Shown here one piece after another: positions 41,835 to 52,370 of a stretch of DNA of 64,000 nt (its first letter is position 1; each line of letters starts with the position of its first letter). The translations under genes and the position numbers were made by a program. The notes beneath the pieces are model-generated. The model made no database searches and was not told the origin of the DNA. It saw only the letters and a program-made list of their open reading frames with translations. The DNA comes from an uncultured delta proteobacterium (GTDB lineage Bacteria; Desulfobacterota; RBG-13-43-22), in assembly GCA_963743305.1 (NCBI GenBank), contig CAVUPH010000039.1, positions 1-64,000 of the forward strand. The letters are read 5' to 3'.

Positions 41835-42872
41835 ATGACTAATCGTTACCAGGAAGCCGGGGTGGATATCACCCGGGGGAACGCCTTTGTGGACCGGATT
41901 AAGCCCCTGATCCGTACAACCTTCACCCCGGGGGTGATTACCGACATCGGCGGGTTCGGTGGACTGTTTCGATTGGAGACCTCGTCTTTTCAAAGGCCGG
42001 TACTGGTATCTTCAACCGATGGCGTGGGCACCAAACTAAAGATCGCCCAAGGGCTCAATCAGCATCAGACCATAGGCCTTGACCTGGTAGCCATGTGCGT
42101 GAACGATATCATCGTCCAGGGGGCGACCCCTCTTTTTTTCCTGGACTACCTGGCCACGGGAACAATGGATTTGGACACGCTCACGTCCGTTGTCGAGGGC
42201 ATTGTCGAGGGTTGTCGCCAGGCGGAATGCGCCTTGATCGGAGGAGAAACAGCGGAGATGCCCGGACTCTACGCGCCGGAAGAATACGATTTAGCCGGTT
42301 TTGTGGTGGGTATTGTGGACCAGGAACGACTGATCGACGGGAGTCGAATACAGCCTGGGGATCGTCTGATCGGACTGGCCTCCAACGGACTGCACAGCAA
42401 TGGTTTTTCCCTGGTCCGGAAAGTTTTTTTCACGGATCAGCAGTTCGATCCCCAACAGGTCCTGCCGGAATTAGGCATCCCTTTGGGCGAGGAACTGCTG
42501 AAGCCCACCCGAATTTACGTCAAGTCCATCGTCTCGCTGCTAAAAAAATATCCCCTCAACGGTTTGGCCCACATTACCGGGGGCGGAATCATTGAAAATT
42601 TGCCCCGAATCTTGCCCGACCACTGCCAGGCCCGGATTCAGGGCGATAGTTGGGACATCCCTCCCATTTTCCCCCTGCTGAAAAAACTGGGGGCGGTTTC
42701 GGAGGAGGAGATGTGGCGAGTTTTTAATAACGGGCTGGGGATGATCTTAGTCGCTTCGGCGGAACAGACACTTTCGATCCAAGAGGAATTGTTCCGACTG
42801 GGGGAAAAGACCTTCCTGATCGGTGAAATTATCGCCCGCCCCGAATCGGGGCCGGCGGTACTTATTGATTAA
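41835..42872 (+). CDS. purM: AIR synthetase
   Basis: [35 protein letters not shown]. Confidence 0.96.
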   Translation: MTNRYQEAGVDITRGNAFVDRIKPLIRTTFTPGVITDIGGFGGLFRLETSSFQRPVLVSSTDGVGTKLKIAQGLNQHQTIGLDLVAMCVNDIIVQGATPLFFLDYLATGTMDLDTLTSVVEGIVEGCRQAECALIGGETAEMPGLYAPEEYDLAGFVVGIVDQERLIDGSRIQPGDRLIGLASNGLHSNGFSLVRKVFFTDQQFDPQQVLPELGIPLGEELLKPTRIYVKSIVSLLKKYPLNGLAHITGGGIIENLPRILPDHCQARIQGDSWDIPPIFPLLKKLGAVSEEEMWRVFNNGLGMILVASAEQTLSIQEELFRLGEKTFLIGEIIARPESGPAVLID

Positions 42873-42907
42873 TCCTATTAAAAATTATTAATAAAAGGAG
42901 TTATACA

Positions 42908-43099
42908 ATGGCCAAAGTTTGTGCGGTATGCGGTAAAGGATCACAGATCGGGCATAATGTCAGCCATGCCAATAATAAGACTTTCAAACTCTGGAGTCCG
43001 AACCTGCAACGGATTAAGACCGTCTATCAGGGTACGGTCAGGCGAATCCAGGTCTGTACCCGCTGCCTCCGGTCAGGCAGGGTAATTCGGGCCTCGTAA
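42908..43099 (+). CDS. rpmB: 50S ribosomal protein L28
   Basis: [16 protein letters not shown]...PNLQ...CTRCLRSG. Confidence 0.95.
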   Translation: MAKVCAVCGKGSQIGHNVSHANNKTFKLWSPNLQRIKTVYQGTVRRIQVCTRCLRSGRVIRAS

Positions 43100-43130
43100 C
43101 CCTAGCCAAAAATAATTGCAATATTTCTGG

Positions 43131-45320
43131 CTATACTAATAAACACTGCCACGGATTTAAAGATAGCCCGCCTCGGATCAATGATATAACCCGGGTAACC
43201 TGAAGGACCCCTTTGATCTTTTTGATCCCGGAAAGGACCTTTTGCAGGTGCCGGGCATCGACCACCTCAATGGTAAAATTGTAAAAGGCTTTTTTGTCCA
43301 GCGTGGTATAGGCCTCGGCTTTTAAGATGTTCGATTCCGCGGAAGTTATCGCCGTGCTCACCTGCGCCAGCATCCCCTTGTCGTCGGTTGAAGAAATTTC
43401 CACTTTTACCGGGTAATAGGCCCCCCGGTCTTTTTCCCAAAGTACCTCTACCAACCTTTCAGGATCCTCATGGGTGATCCGCGGGCAGGACCGGCCATGA
43501 ACCGTTATTCCCCGGCCCCGGGTAATAAAGCCGATGATCGGATCCCCGGGGAGGGGTGCGCAGCAACGGCCGAAGCGGATCAGCACGTCATCCACTCCCC
43601 GAATGACTACCCCTCCGGCGGGTTTGGTTTTTTTGGGTTTTTTAGGGAGTTCTAAGGGGATCTGGTCCGGATCCTTTTCAACCTCCGGTCGTGGGGCAAT
43701 CCGGTTGATGATCTGCTTAATGGAAATCTTGCCAAAACCGATGGCCGCCAGCAGGTCCTCCCCTTGTTGAAAAGAAAATTCACGGGCAATTTGCAACAGG
43801 GATTCTTGTTTCATCTGCTGAGAAACGTTCAGGTGCAAACGCCTTAATTCCTTCTCCAGCAAATCTTTCCCGAGAGTGATGCTGCGGGTCCGTTCTTCGT
43901 TCTTGACCCACTGCCGAATCTTGGACCTGGCCCGGGAGGTCTTGGCGACCTTGAGCCAGTCCTTGCTCGGTTTACGTTTGGCCGAGGTGATAATTTCCAC
44001 AATATCGCCGTGCCGCAAGGTGAACCGCAGAGGCACCATCTTGTTGTTGACCCGGGCTCCGGTGCAGCGATGGCCCACATCGGTGTGGATGGCGTAAGCG
44101 AAGTCAATGGGGGTGGCCCCTTTGGGCAGGGTCTTAACCTCACCGCGGGGGGTGAAGACGTAGACTTCGTCAGGGAAAAGATCCACACGCAGGGTTTCTA
44201 AAAATTCCTTGGCATCCGGATATTCTTTTTGGGATTCCAGCAGTTGGCGGACCCAGGAGAATTTTTTCGCGTCGGTTTCATCCAGGCGGCCCTCTTTATA
44301 CTGCCAGTGGGAGGCGATGCCCTCCTCGGCCACTCGGTGCATCTCAGCAGTCCGGATCTGAACCTCGATGCGTTCCCCGTAGGGACCAATGACCTTGGTG
44401 TGAAGGGATTGATAGTGATTGGCCTTGGGCAGGCTGATATAATCCCGGAATTTTCCGGGAATCGGTTTCCACAAAGCGTGGATGAGACCTAAGGCCTCAA
44501 AGCAGGCGGCCACTTCCGGCACGATCACCCGGAAGGCGATCAGGTCATAAAGCTGGTCGATTTCCAGGTTCTGGTTGATCATTTTCTGGTAAATGCTGTA
44601 AAAATGTTTGTGTCGCCCCTCCACCCGACACTCGAGGTGGGCTGCCTCCATTTTATCTTGAAGGATGGTTTTGACCTCCCGGATATAAGACTCTCGCTCC
44701 TCCCGTTTCTTAGCCACCCCCAGTTTGATTTCCTGATATTTTTCAGGCTCCAGATAATATAAACAGAGGTCCTCCAGTTCCGTTTGGATGCGGCGCATCC
44801 CTAAGCGGACGGCAATCGGGGCATAGATTTCCAGGGTTTCTCCAGCGATCTTCCGCTGCTTCTCCTGGCTATGAAAACCCAGGGTGCGCATATTGTGGAG
44901 CCGGTCGGCCAGCTTGACTAGGATTACCCGGATATCGTCCGACATGGCTAAGATCATCTTCCTGAAATTTTCCGCCTGCCGTTCTTCCAGGGTCTGAAAA
45001 TGAAAGCTGCTGATTTTGGTCACTCCGTTGACAATGCGGAGGACCTCCGGTCCGAACTGTTCCTTGATCATCTCGGGGGTCGCCAGGGTGTCCTCCAGGG
45101 TGTCGTGCAATAGTCCGGCAGCGATGGTCACCTGATCCATCTTCATTTGAGTCAATATCCAGGCCACTTCCAACGGATGGGAGAGGTAGGACTCCCCGGA
45201 AAGACGGACCTGCCCCTCGTGGACCTTGGCGGAAAAAACATAGGCTTTTTCAACGAGTTCAATGTTGGCCTGAGGCCAATAAGAAAGGATCTGATCGATG
45301 ATGGTGTTGATGCGGATCAT
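43131..45320 (-). CDS. relA: Bifunctional (p)ppGpp synthetase/hydrolase
   Basis: LLHD (HD intact), KLADRLHNM, YQSLHT, EVQIRT, TGS and ACT domains. Confidence 0.95.
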   Translation of the reverse strand: MIRINTIIDQILSYWPQANIELVEKAYVFSAKVHEGQVRLSGESYLSHPLEVAWILTQMKMDQVTIAAGLLHDTLEDTLATPEMIKEQFGPEVLRIVNGVTKISSFHFQTLEERQAENFRKMILAMSDDIRVILVKLADRLHNMRTLGFHSQEKQRKIAGETLEIYAPIAVRLGMRRIQTELEDLCLYYLEPEKYQEIKLGVAKKREERESYIREVKTILQDKMEAAHLECRVEGRHKHFYSIYQKMINQNLEIDQLYDLIAFRVIVPEVAACFEALGLIHALWKPIPGKFRDYISLPKANHYQSLHTKVIGPYGERIEVQIRTAEMHRVAEEGIASHWQYKEGRLDETDAKKFSWVRQLLESQKEYPDAKEFLETLRVDLFPDEVYVFTPRGEVKTLPKGATPIDFAYAIHTDVGHRCTGARVNNKMVPLRFTLRHGDIVEIITSAKRKPSKDWLKVAKTSRARSKIRQWVKNEERTRSITLGKDLLEKELRRLHLNVSQQMKQESLLQIAREFSFQQGEDLLAAIGFGKISIKQIINRIAPRPEVEKDPDQIPLELPKKPKKTKPAGGVVIRGVDDVLIRFGRCCAPLPGDPIIGFITRGRGITVHGRSCPRITHEDPERLVEVLWEKDRGAYYPVKVEISSTDDKGMLAQVSTAITSAESNILKAEAYTTLDKKAFYNFTIEVVDARHLQKVLSGIKKIKGVLQVTRVISLIRGGLSLNPWQCLLV

Positions 45321-45496
45321 GGATTATTAGTAGAATGAACATTGAACATCGAACGCTGAACTTCGATTGAAAAACAAACCTCCGTCATGTTTTTCGTTCA
45401 ACTTTTCAGCGACCCTTCCAGCGTCCAAGCAGCGCAAAAATGACTTACCGCCTACGAGGGGAAGGGGATGATGAAAGGTCAAGGTTATTTATGTTC

Positions 45497-45665
45497 TAAA
45501 CCCCCATGCCCGGGGCGGACACCCCGAAGCATGAAAATCCCCCCCGCATCCCCGGCTCTTGCCCCGCTGCAAGCGGGGTCTAAGGGGGGAGTTGAAGTCC
45601 CCCTTTAACAAAGGGGGATTTCCAACGAGCCGAAATAACCCCCAAACCTTTTATTTTCGTATTAA
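45497..45665 (-). mobile_element. Asymmetric-end element (reverse orientation)
   Basis: ccccatgcccggggcggacaccccgaagcatgaaaat ... tattttcgtattaa. Confidence 0.6.
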
Positions 45666-45669
45666 CCGG

Positions 45670-47391
45670 CTAAAGTCGGGGCGACTCCGCGGCGATAATT
45701 TTCTGAATCGCCTCCAGGACCTCTTCCACTTTGACCAGTTCCATCTGTTTCGTCCTTCGGGGCCGCAACTCGACTTGGCCTTGTTTCAACCCCTTGGGGC
45801 CGACGGTGACCCGTAGGGGAATACCGATCAGGTCCCCGTCTTTAAACTTTATTCCCGGCCTTTCGTCCCGATCATCGAGTAACACCTCGATCCCGGCCTT
45901 TTGGAAGGATTCATAAAGGGCCATAATGGTGGCCTGCTCCGCTGACCCCGGTTTCCAATCAATGGGGGTGATCAGGACCTGGAAGGGTGCCAGGGCCAGA
46001 GGCCAGACAATCCCGTCCGAATCATGGTTTTGTTCGATGGCCGCGGCCACGGTCCGGCCCACGCCGATCCCGTAGCAACCCATGATCATCAACTGCTCCC
46101 TTCCCTGTTCGTCGAGATAGGTGGCCTTCAATGCTCGGGAATACTTGTCCCCCAATTTAAAAACGTGCCCCACCTCAATACCCCGGTAAGAATCCAGCGG
46201 AGCCTGGCAGCGGGGACAGGGTTCTCCGGATCTGACTTGACGCAAGTCGGCCCAGGTGACAGGGGGGACATCCACCTCCCAGTTCAGGTCCAGATAGTGC
46301 TGGTCAGCCTCATTGGCCCCCATGATGAAATTTTTCAATCCCTGGAGAGTCTGATCCGCCCAGAGAGGGACGGTAAGCCCCACGGCACCCGCAAACCCCA
46401 CCGGAGCACCCGTTAACTGCTCCACGAGGCGCTCATCCGCCAGGGTGATTTCATCTAAACCCAACGCCCGCAAGACTTTGGTTTCATTCACCTCTTGGTC
46501 CCCCCGCACCAGGACGGCCACCGGACCGGCGGAGGTTTGATAAAGAATGGTCTTCACCAGACGATCTGCCGGGACCGACAGAAATCGGGCCACCTCCTCC
46601 ACCGTTCGCTGCCCCGGGGTGTGCCGCTTCTCCCGGGGACGAACCAGGGCCTGGGGCTCTTCCCGGGGCTGCCAGGCGGAAACGGCCCGTTCCACATTGG
46701 CGGCGTAGCGGCAGGCGCTGCAGGCCATGACGGCATCCTCCCCGGTCTCGGCCAAGACCATGAACTCATGAGAAAAGCTCCCGCCGATGGCCCCGCTGTC
46801 GGCTTCCACCGCCTTGAAGCGCAGACCGCAACGTTCAAAGATCCGCCGGTAAGCCTCGAACATCTTGGCATAGGAAAGTTCTGCGCCGGCCTCGTCCCGG
46901 TCGAAGCTGTACCCGTCCTTCATCCCGAACTCCCGCCCCCGCATCAATCCGAACCGGGGGCGGATTTCATCCCGGAACTTGGTCTGAATCTGATACAGGT
47001 TAACGGGCAGTTGGCGGTAGGAACGGATCTCGTGGCGGATTAAATCGGTGACGACCTCCTCGTGGGTAGGTCCCAGACAATAGGCATGATCGTGACGATC
47101 CTTCAGGCGGAACAGCTCCTTCCCGTACTTTTCCCATCTTCCGCTTTCCTGCCAGAGCTCCGCCGGCTGCAGGGCCGGCAGGATGACTTCCTGGGCACCG
47201 GCCCGCTCCATTTCCTCCCGGATGATGGACTCCATTTTTCTCAGGGAGCGGACTCCCAGGGGAAGATAGCTGTAAATTCCGGAAGAGAGTTTGCGGATCA
47301 AGCCCGCCCGAACCATAAGCTGGTGACTGATGACCTCGGCTTCAGCCGGTTTTTCCTTCAGCGTAGGAATATAAAGTTGGGAAAAAAACAT
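45670..47391 (-). CDS. proS: Proline--tRNA ligase
   Basis: LGPTHEE, FRDEIRPRFG, GIEVGH, MGCYGIG, insertion editing domain. Confidence 0.97.
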   Translation of the reverse strand: MFFSQLYIPTLKEKPAEAEVISHQLMVRAGLIRKLSSGIYSYLPLGVRSLRKMESIIREEMERAGAQEVILPALQPAELWQESGRWEKYGKELFRLKDRHDHAYCLGPTHEEVVTDLIRHEIRSYRQLPVNLYQIQTKFRDEIRPRFGLMRGREFGMKDGYSFDRDEAGAELSYAKMFEAYRRIFERCGLRFKAVEADSGAIGGSFSHEFMVLAETGEDAVMACSACRYAANVERAVSAWQPREEPQALVRPREKRHTPGQRTVEEVARFLSVPADRLVKTILYQTSAGPVAVLVRGDQEVNETKVLRALGLDEITLADERLVEQLTGAPVGFAGAVGLTVPLWADQTLQGLKNFIMGANEADQHYLDLNWEVDVPPVTWADLRQVRSGEPCPRCQAPLDSYRGIEVGHVFKLGDKYSRALKATYLDEQGREQLMIMGCYGIGVGRTVAAAIEQNHDSDGIVWPLALAPFQVLITPIDWKPGSAEQATIMALYESFQKAGIEVLLDDRDERPGIKFKDGDLIGIPLRVTVGPKGLKQGQVELRPRRTKQMELVKVEEVLEAIQKIIAAESPRL

Positions 47392-47393
47392 GG

Positions 47394-48494
47394 TTATCCT
47401 TTCTCTTGAACCATTTTTTTAATTTCCGTCAGTAGGGTGGCCACCAAATCCGCCTCCTTGACCCTGCGTACCAGCCGGCCCCGGGCAAATAACATTCCCT
47501 GGCCTTTTCCCCCGGCAATGCCGATATCCGCTTCCCGGGCCTCACCCGGTCCGTTGACCACGCAGCCCATAATGGCCACTTTGATCGGGGTGGTGACTTT
47601 CTGAACGGCCTTTTCCACCTGACGCACCAGGGGGATCAGATCGATTCGGCAGCGGCCGCAGGTAGGGCAGGAGATGATCTCCACTCCTCGTTCCCGGAGT
47701 TTAAGGTTCCGCAGAAGCTCAAAGGCCACCCGGATCTCCTCCTTGGGCGGGGCCGTCAAGGAAACCCGCAGGGTGTCACCGATTCCCTGATAAAGGAGCA
47801 GGCCTATTCCCAAGGTGGATTTGATCGTCCCCGAAATCAGAGTCCCGGCCTCGGTGACCCCCAGGTGAAAGGGATAGCGCACCTGGGAGGCCAGCCCCTG
47901 ATAGGCCCGGATAGTCTGCATCACGTCCGAGGCCTTCAGTGATATTTTCAGGTTCGTAAAATGATGCTTTTCAAACAGCTCAATGTGGCGCAAGGCCGAA
48001 TCGACCATGGCCTCGGCCAAGTGCTCCTCTCCCTGGCCCTGCAGATCTTTTTCCAAGGAACCGGCATTGACCCCGATCCGGATGCAGACCCCGCGATCCC
48101 TGGCCTCCTGGATGATCCGGATGACCTTGGCCCGGGACCCGATATTCCCGGGATTAATCCGGATCCCCGCGGCCCCGGCTTTCATGGCTTCCAGGGCCAG
48201 GCGGTGGTCAAAATGAATATCGGCGATCACCGGCAACGGGGATCTTTCCACTATGCCCCCTAGAGCCCGAGCAGCCTCGAAATCCGGCACCGCCACCCGG
48301 ATCAATTCGCAGCCCGATTGGTATAAGTTATTTATTTGCTTTACTGTACTGGCTATAACCCGAGTATCGGTATTCGTCATGGACTGAACCACAACCGGGT
48401 GTCCTCGGCCGATCAGGACCCCTCCTACTGAGACCGTATTGGTTTTCCGCCGCGGTCTGGGGCGGAAGGATTTTGAAAAGCAATATGATTCCAT
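47394..48494 (-). CDS. ispG: HMBPP synthase
   Basis: VQSMT, ADIHFD, RINPGN, SCPTCGR, MGCVVNGPGE. Confidence 0.96.
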   Translation of the reverse strand: MESYCFSKSFRPRPRRKTNTVSVGGVLIGRGHPVVVQSMTNTDTRVIASTVKQINNLYQSGCELIRVAVPDFEAARALGGIVERSPLPVIADIHFDHRLALEAMKAGAAGIRINPGNIGSRAKVIRIIQEARDRGVCIRIGVNAGSLEKDLQGQGEEHLAEAMVDSALRHIELFEKHHFTNLKISLKASDVMQTIRAYQGLASQVRYPFHLGVTEAGTLISGTIKSTLGIGLLLYQGIGDTLRVSLTAPPKEEIRVAFELLRNLKLRERGVEIISCPTCGRCRIDLIPLVRQVEKAVQKVTTPIKVAIMGCVVNGPGEAREADIGIAGGKGQGMLFARGRLVRRVKEADLVATLLTEIKKMVQEKG

Positions 48495-48635
48495 TTTAAA
48501 AAGAATTGACAACCCCGGTCAAATGGGTTAAAAATTTTATCAGGCTGTTATTTTCTTCTATTACTATTTTTATACCATAAATTATCGTTAGACAAGTGGT
48601 TTTGATCCAGTTTCTGGAAACCCCTGCCCTTCCGG

Positions 48636-49574
48636 ATGGAATATTCCCCCGACCATGAATTGAAAGGTCTCATTGAGCTTGTCAGCAATGTGAACGACGC
48701 TTTCACCGCCGCTTTGTTTCTCTACAATCCACAGCGGGATCGGCTTTTACTGAGCGCTTACCATACCTTGAGCCTCCAGGTAAACCCTAAAACCACAATC
48801 CAGCCGGGAGACAGCCTCATCGGGTGGGTGGCCAAAAACGAACAGCCCGTGAATGTGGCCCAGTTCGATCGAGATAACCGGAATCTGAAACTCTATCTGA
48901 GAGATGAGGGCATCAAATCCTTTATGGCCGTCCCGGTGGGGGACGCCGGGGTACTTTGTGTAGACAGCAAACGCAATTATGTCTTTACCGATAAAAATCA
49001 GAAAATTCTGCAGGATTTTGCCAGGGTCATCTACCAGGTTCTGCAAAATCAAATTCTCTGCTGTCAGGAATTGAAGCAGCGCCGGCTATTGGATTTTATT
49101 TACCGGATTAACACCCTATCCCGAGAAAACCATGACCTGCAGGAGTACTACCAGAAGATACTGAGGGCCTGCCGCATTTTTTCCGGCACCGATGCGGCTT
49201 TTTTGGCGTTGCTGCCCCGGAAAGGGGATCGTTATACCATCGTGGCTTCCGAGGGCAAGTTATTCGCCCCCATGAAAAAGAACTCGATCCCCATCGACAT
49301 GGGCCTAACCGGTTGGGTTATCAAAGAAAAGAAACCCCTGGTCCGACGGGAGATGAAACCCAGAAATCACAAGTCCTATGTTTTTTTTCCGGACGATCCC
49401 TGCGGGCAGTTTTGTTCCTATATCGGGTTGCCTCTATATTTTTTTCAGAAATTGTACGGGGTGATGAATTTGGTGGGCTACCAGGAGAACCACTGGGAGG
49501 ACGAGGAGATCCAGGCCCTCCTGCTGACCGGCCAAACCATTATCACTTCCATTCTCTACCGGATGAACGATTAA
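48636..49574 (+). CDS. Tandem GAF domain protein
   Basis: Two GAF-like repeats (GDSLIGWV..SFMAVP; GLTGWV..SYIGLP); no output domain. Confidence 0.8.
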   Translation: MEYSPDHELKGLIELVSNVNDAFTAALFLYNPQRDRLLLSAYHTLSLQVNPKTTIQPGDSLIGWVAKNEQPVNVAQFDRDNRNLKLYLRDEGIKSFMAVPVGDAGVLCVDSKRNYVFTDKNQKILQDFARVIYQVLQNQILCCQELKQRRLLDFIYRINTLSRENHDLQEYYQKILRACRIFSGTDAAFLALLPRKGDRYTIVASEGKLFAPMKKNSIPIDMGLTGWVIKEKKPLVRREMKPRNHKSYVFFPDDPCGQFCSYIGLPLYFFQKLYGVMNLVGYQENHWEDEEIQALLLTGQTIITSILYRMND

Positions 49575-49750
49575 TAGAGGGCGGACTCGATAGATGTCCG
49601 TCAACAGACCGAGGGCGATTAAGCCCCGGTCTGGGGTAGGGGTGGAACCATTTGAATTCACTTCAAATGGCGGGGGAGGGAAAGCCCTCCCCCGCCGAGC
49701 AGAAAATCGCTTTTTGACTTTTTGCGAGGTTAATAAGGACTATCGGGTAT

Positions 49751-50773
49751 ATGCTGCGCCGCTTATTGGGATTATTTTCAGAAGACCTGGCCATGGACCT
49801 GGGCACGGCCAATACTCTGATCTATAAAAAGAAGCAGGGGATCGTCCTCAATGAACCTTCCGTGGTGGCGATAAACAATGAAACCGGACAGGTGCTGGCA
49901 GTGGGCAAAGAGGCTAAAGAGTATCTGGGCCGAACCCCGGCCCGAATCTCGGCCATTCGCCCCATGAAGGACGGGGTGATCGCTGATTTCGACGTGACTC
50001 GGGAGATGATCAAATACTTTTTATTCAAAGTCCGGGAACGGTCCCGTTTTTTTAGACCGAATTTAGTGATTGGGGTGCCTTCGGGGATCACCATGGTGGA
50101 AAAGCGGGCCGTAGTGGAATCCGCCCTGGAAGCCGGAGCCCGGGACATCTTCCTGATCGAAGAACCCATGGCAGCGGCCATCGGGGCGGGCCTGGAAATT
50201 CAGAAACCTCAAGGAAACATGGTCGTGGATATCGGCGGCGGCACCACCGAAGTGGCGGTTATTTCCCTTTTCGCCACCGCGTATTGCGAATCGATCCGCG
50301 TGGCCGGGGACGAACTGAACGAGGCGCTCATCTACCATCTGCAAAAGAAACACCATCTGCTGATCGGAGAGAATACCGCCGAGCAGATCAAGATAAACTA
50401 TGCCTCGGCCTATCCGCTGGACGAACCTATTCGGTTTTCCGTTTCGGGAAAGGAAGTTTTTTCCGGCATTCCCAAAACGATTGAATTAACCGACCGGGAC
50501 CTTCGGGAAGGCATGGCCGAACCCATTTGGGCTATCGTCGATGCCGTCAAAAGGGCCTTGGAAAAAACTCCGCCCGAATTGTCGGGGGATATCAGTCAAA
50601 AAGGCATCACCCTGGCCGGGGGCGGGGCCTTATTGAAAGGCTTAGACCGCTTGATCCATAGGGAAACGGGCCTGGAGGTGCATATTGCCGATGATCCCTT
50701 AACCTCGGTCGTACTGGGGGCCGGCAAGGCCTTAATTGACACCGACTACTATCTTAAGGTTTTTATTAATTAA
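49751..50773 (+). CDS. mreB: Rod shape-determining protein MreB (stand-alone copy)
   Basis: DLGTANT, EPSVVA, DGVIADF, DIGGGTTE, AGGGALL. Confidence 0.95.
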   Translation: MLRRLLGLFSEDLAMDLGTANTLIYKKKQGIVLNEPSVVAINNETGQVLAVGKEAKEYLGRTPARISAIRPMKDGVIADFDVTREMIKYFLFKVRERSRFFRPNLVIGVPSGITMVEKRAVVESALEAGARDIFLIEEPMAAAIGAGLEIQKPQGNMVVDIGGGTTEVAVISLFATAYCESIRVAGDELNEALIYHLQKKHHLLIGENTAEQIKINYASAYPLDEPIRFSVSGKEVFSGIPKTIELTDRDLREGMAEPIWAIVDAVKRALEKTPPELSGDISQKGITLAGGGALLKGLDRLIHRETGLEVHIADDPLTSVVLGAGKALIDTDYYLKVFIN

Positions 50774-50844
50774 CCCCACATGAGCGGAGCGGGCGCCCCG
50801 AAGCATGAAAAGGCTATTTACCTATTGACTAAAGAGGTCTGGAC

Positions 50845-51636
50845 TTGAATCTGAAAAAAGAATTTAATTTGGCCCTGAAAGCCGTCCTGGGGGCCGGCCG
50901 GATACTGCATAGCGGTTTTCAGACTCCTAAAGGGTATCGGCTCAAAGGTGCGATCGATTTGGTGACCGAATGGGATCTAAAGTCACAGCAATGGATTACC
51001 TCCCGGATAAGAGCTCAATTCCCCGACCATGATTTCCTGGTCGAGGAGGGCGGACTCGAACGCCGGACCTCCCCTTTTTGCTGGATTCTGGATCCGTTGG
51101 ATGGAACGACCAATTTCGTGCACGGCTTCCCGGTTTACTGCGTATCCCTGGCCCTGCTTAACGGGCGGGAAATCGTGCTGGGCATCGTCCACAACCCGGA
51201 GCTTGAAGAAACCTATTGGGCCATCAAAGGACAAGGGGCATTTTTTAACGGTCGGCCGATCCGGGTTTCCACCGTGCCCCGGATTTCCCAAGCGCTGCTG
51301 GCTACCGGTTTCCCTTATAATATTAAGAAAACCCACCGCCGGGTGGTTCGACGTTTTGAAAAGATCATTACTCGTTCCCAAGGAGTCCGACGCCCCGGGT
51401 CGGCCGCTCTGGATCTCTGTTGGGTGGCCCGCGGGGTGTACGATGGATTCTGGGAGGAATATTTAAAACCCTGGGACACGGCGGCCGGGATCCTTATGGT
51501 AGAAGAAGCCGGCGGCCGGGTTACTGATTTTACCGGCCGTTCCGGCCCGGCCTTCAAAAAGCAAATTTTGGCCACCAACGGGCTGCTCCACCAGGAGTTG
51601 CTCGAGTTACTGAATATTGAAGGAGAAGTCGAATGA
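50845..51636 (+). CDS. suhB: Inositol monophosphatase family
   Basis: WILDPLDGTTNF, GSAALDL, PWDTAAG. Confidence 0.9.
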   Translation: MNLKKEFNLALKAVLGAGRILHSGFQTPKGYRLKGAIDLVTEWDLKSQQWITSRIRAQFPDHDFLVEEGGLERRTSPFCWILDPLDGTTNFVHGFPVYCVSLALLNGREIVLGIVHNPELEETYWAIKGQGAFFNGRPIRVSTVPRISQALLATGFPYNIKKTHRRVVRRFEKIITRSQGVRRPGSAALDLCWVARGVYDGFWEEYLKPWDTAAGILMVEEAGGRVTDFTGRSGPAFKKQILATNGLLHQELLELLNIEGEVE

Positions 51637-51842
51637 TTTTTAAAATATCCGCCGAACAACTACGGGGACGCTTCGATTGTTTCAGCCAGTTCAAACGGAA
51701 TGATCTCGTTTGTCTCAGTCATTGCGCCTTAAATATTCGCTGTGCCCTGGCAAAAAGAGAGTGGTTCGATCAGGAAGCCAATGAGGACTGGATCTACCCG
51801 CCGTTGCCCTTGGATGGGAACTTTGATCTGGGGCAGGGTTGA
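51633..51842 (+). CDS. Small Cys-rich hypothetical protein
   Basis: ATGA overlap with suhB, RBS ggaga, C-x10-C-x3-C-x5-C. Confidence 0.55.
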   Translation: MIFKISAEQLRGRFDCFSQFKRNDLVCLSHCALNIRCALAKREWFDQEANEDWIYPPLPLDGNFDLGQG

Positions 51843-51868
51843 GGGTATTATTGTTTGACGGCCGGCAC

Positions 51869-52165
51869 CTAAAGCTGGGTGGCCAATTGCCGCAAACTGT
51901 CCACCACAAAATGCTGAAGGAAAATAATTACTAAGATCATCACCAGCGGAGAAAAATCAAATCCCCCCAGGGCTACCGGCAGGCGTCGTCGGATGGGGCG
52001 CAGAACCGGTTCGGTTACGGCATAGAGAAACCGGACGATGGGGCTGTAGGGATCAGGACGGACCCAGGAGAGGATCGCCTGGGCAATAATAATCCAGGTG
52101 TAGGCCGTCAGCAGGTAATCGATGATGATGGCCACGGCATTGATGAAATTTCCCAAAACAAACAT
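51869..52165 (-). CDS. yggT: YggT family membrane protein
   Basis: ILSWV.PDPY.PIVRFL..VTEPVL.PIRR...DFSPL. Confidence 0.92.
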   Translation of the reverse strand: MFVLGNFINAVAIIIDYLLTAYTWIIIAQAILSWVRPDPYSPIVRFLYAVTEPVLRPIRRRLPVALGGFDFSPLVMILVIIFLQHFVVDSLRQLATQL

Positions 52166-52370
52166 AATTTCCTACCCGACTCCAAAATTCTAGCATTATT
52201 ATAGACTAATTCAAAAGTATCTGAGAGATCCTTTTCCCGCTCGGGAAAAGAACTTTCACCTCAATTCTGCCATACCATACCCCCTCATAAGTTTCAAGCG
52301 GTTTATTATCCCCCGGCAGGTCAAATTCCTTTGAATTTTTTGTATTTTTACGGTAAAAAGAATACACGGT

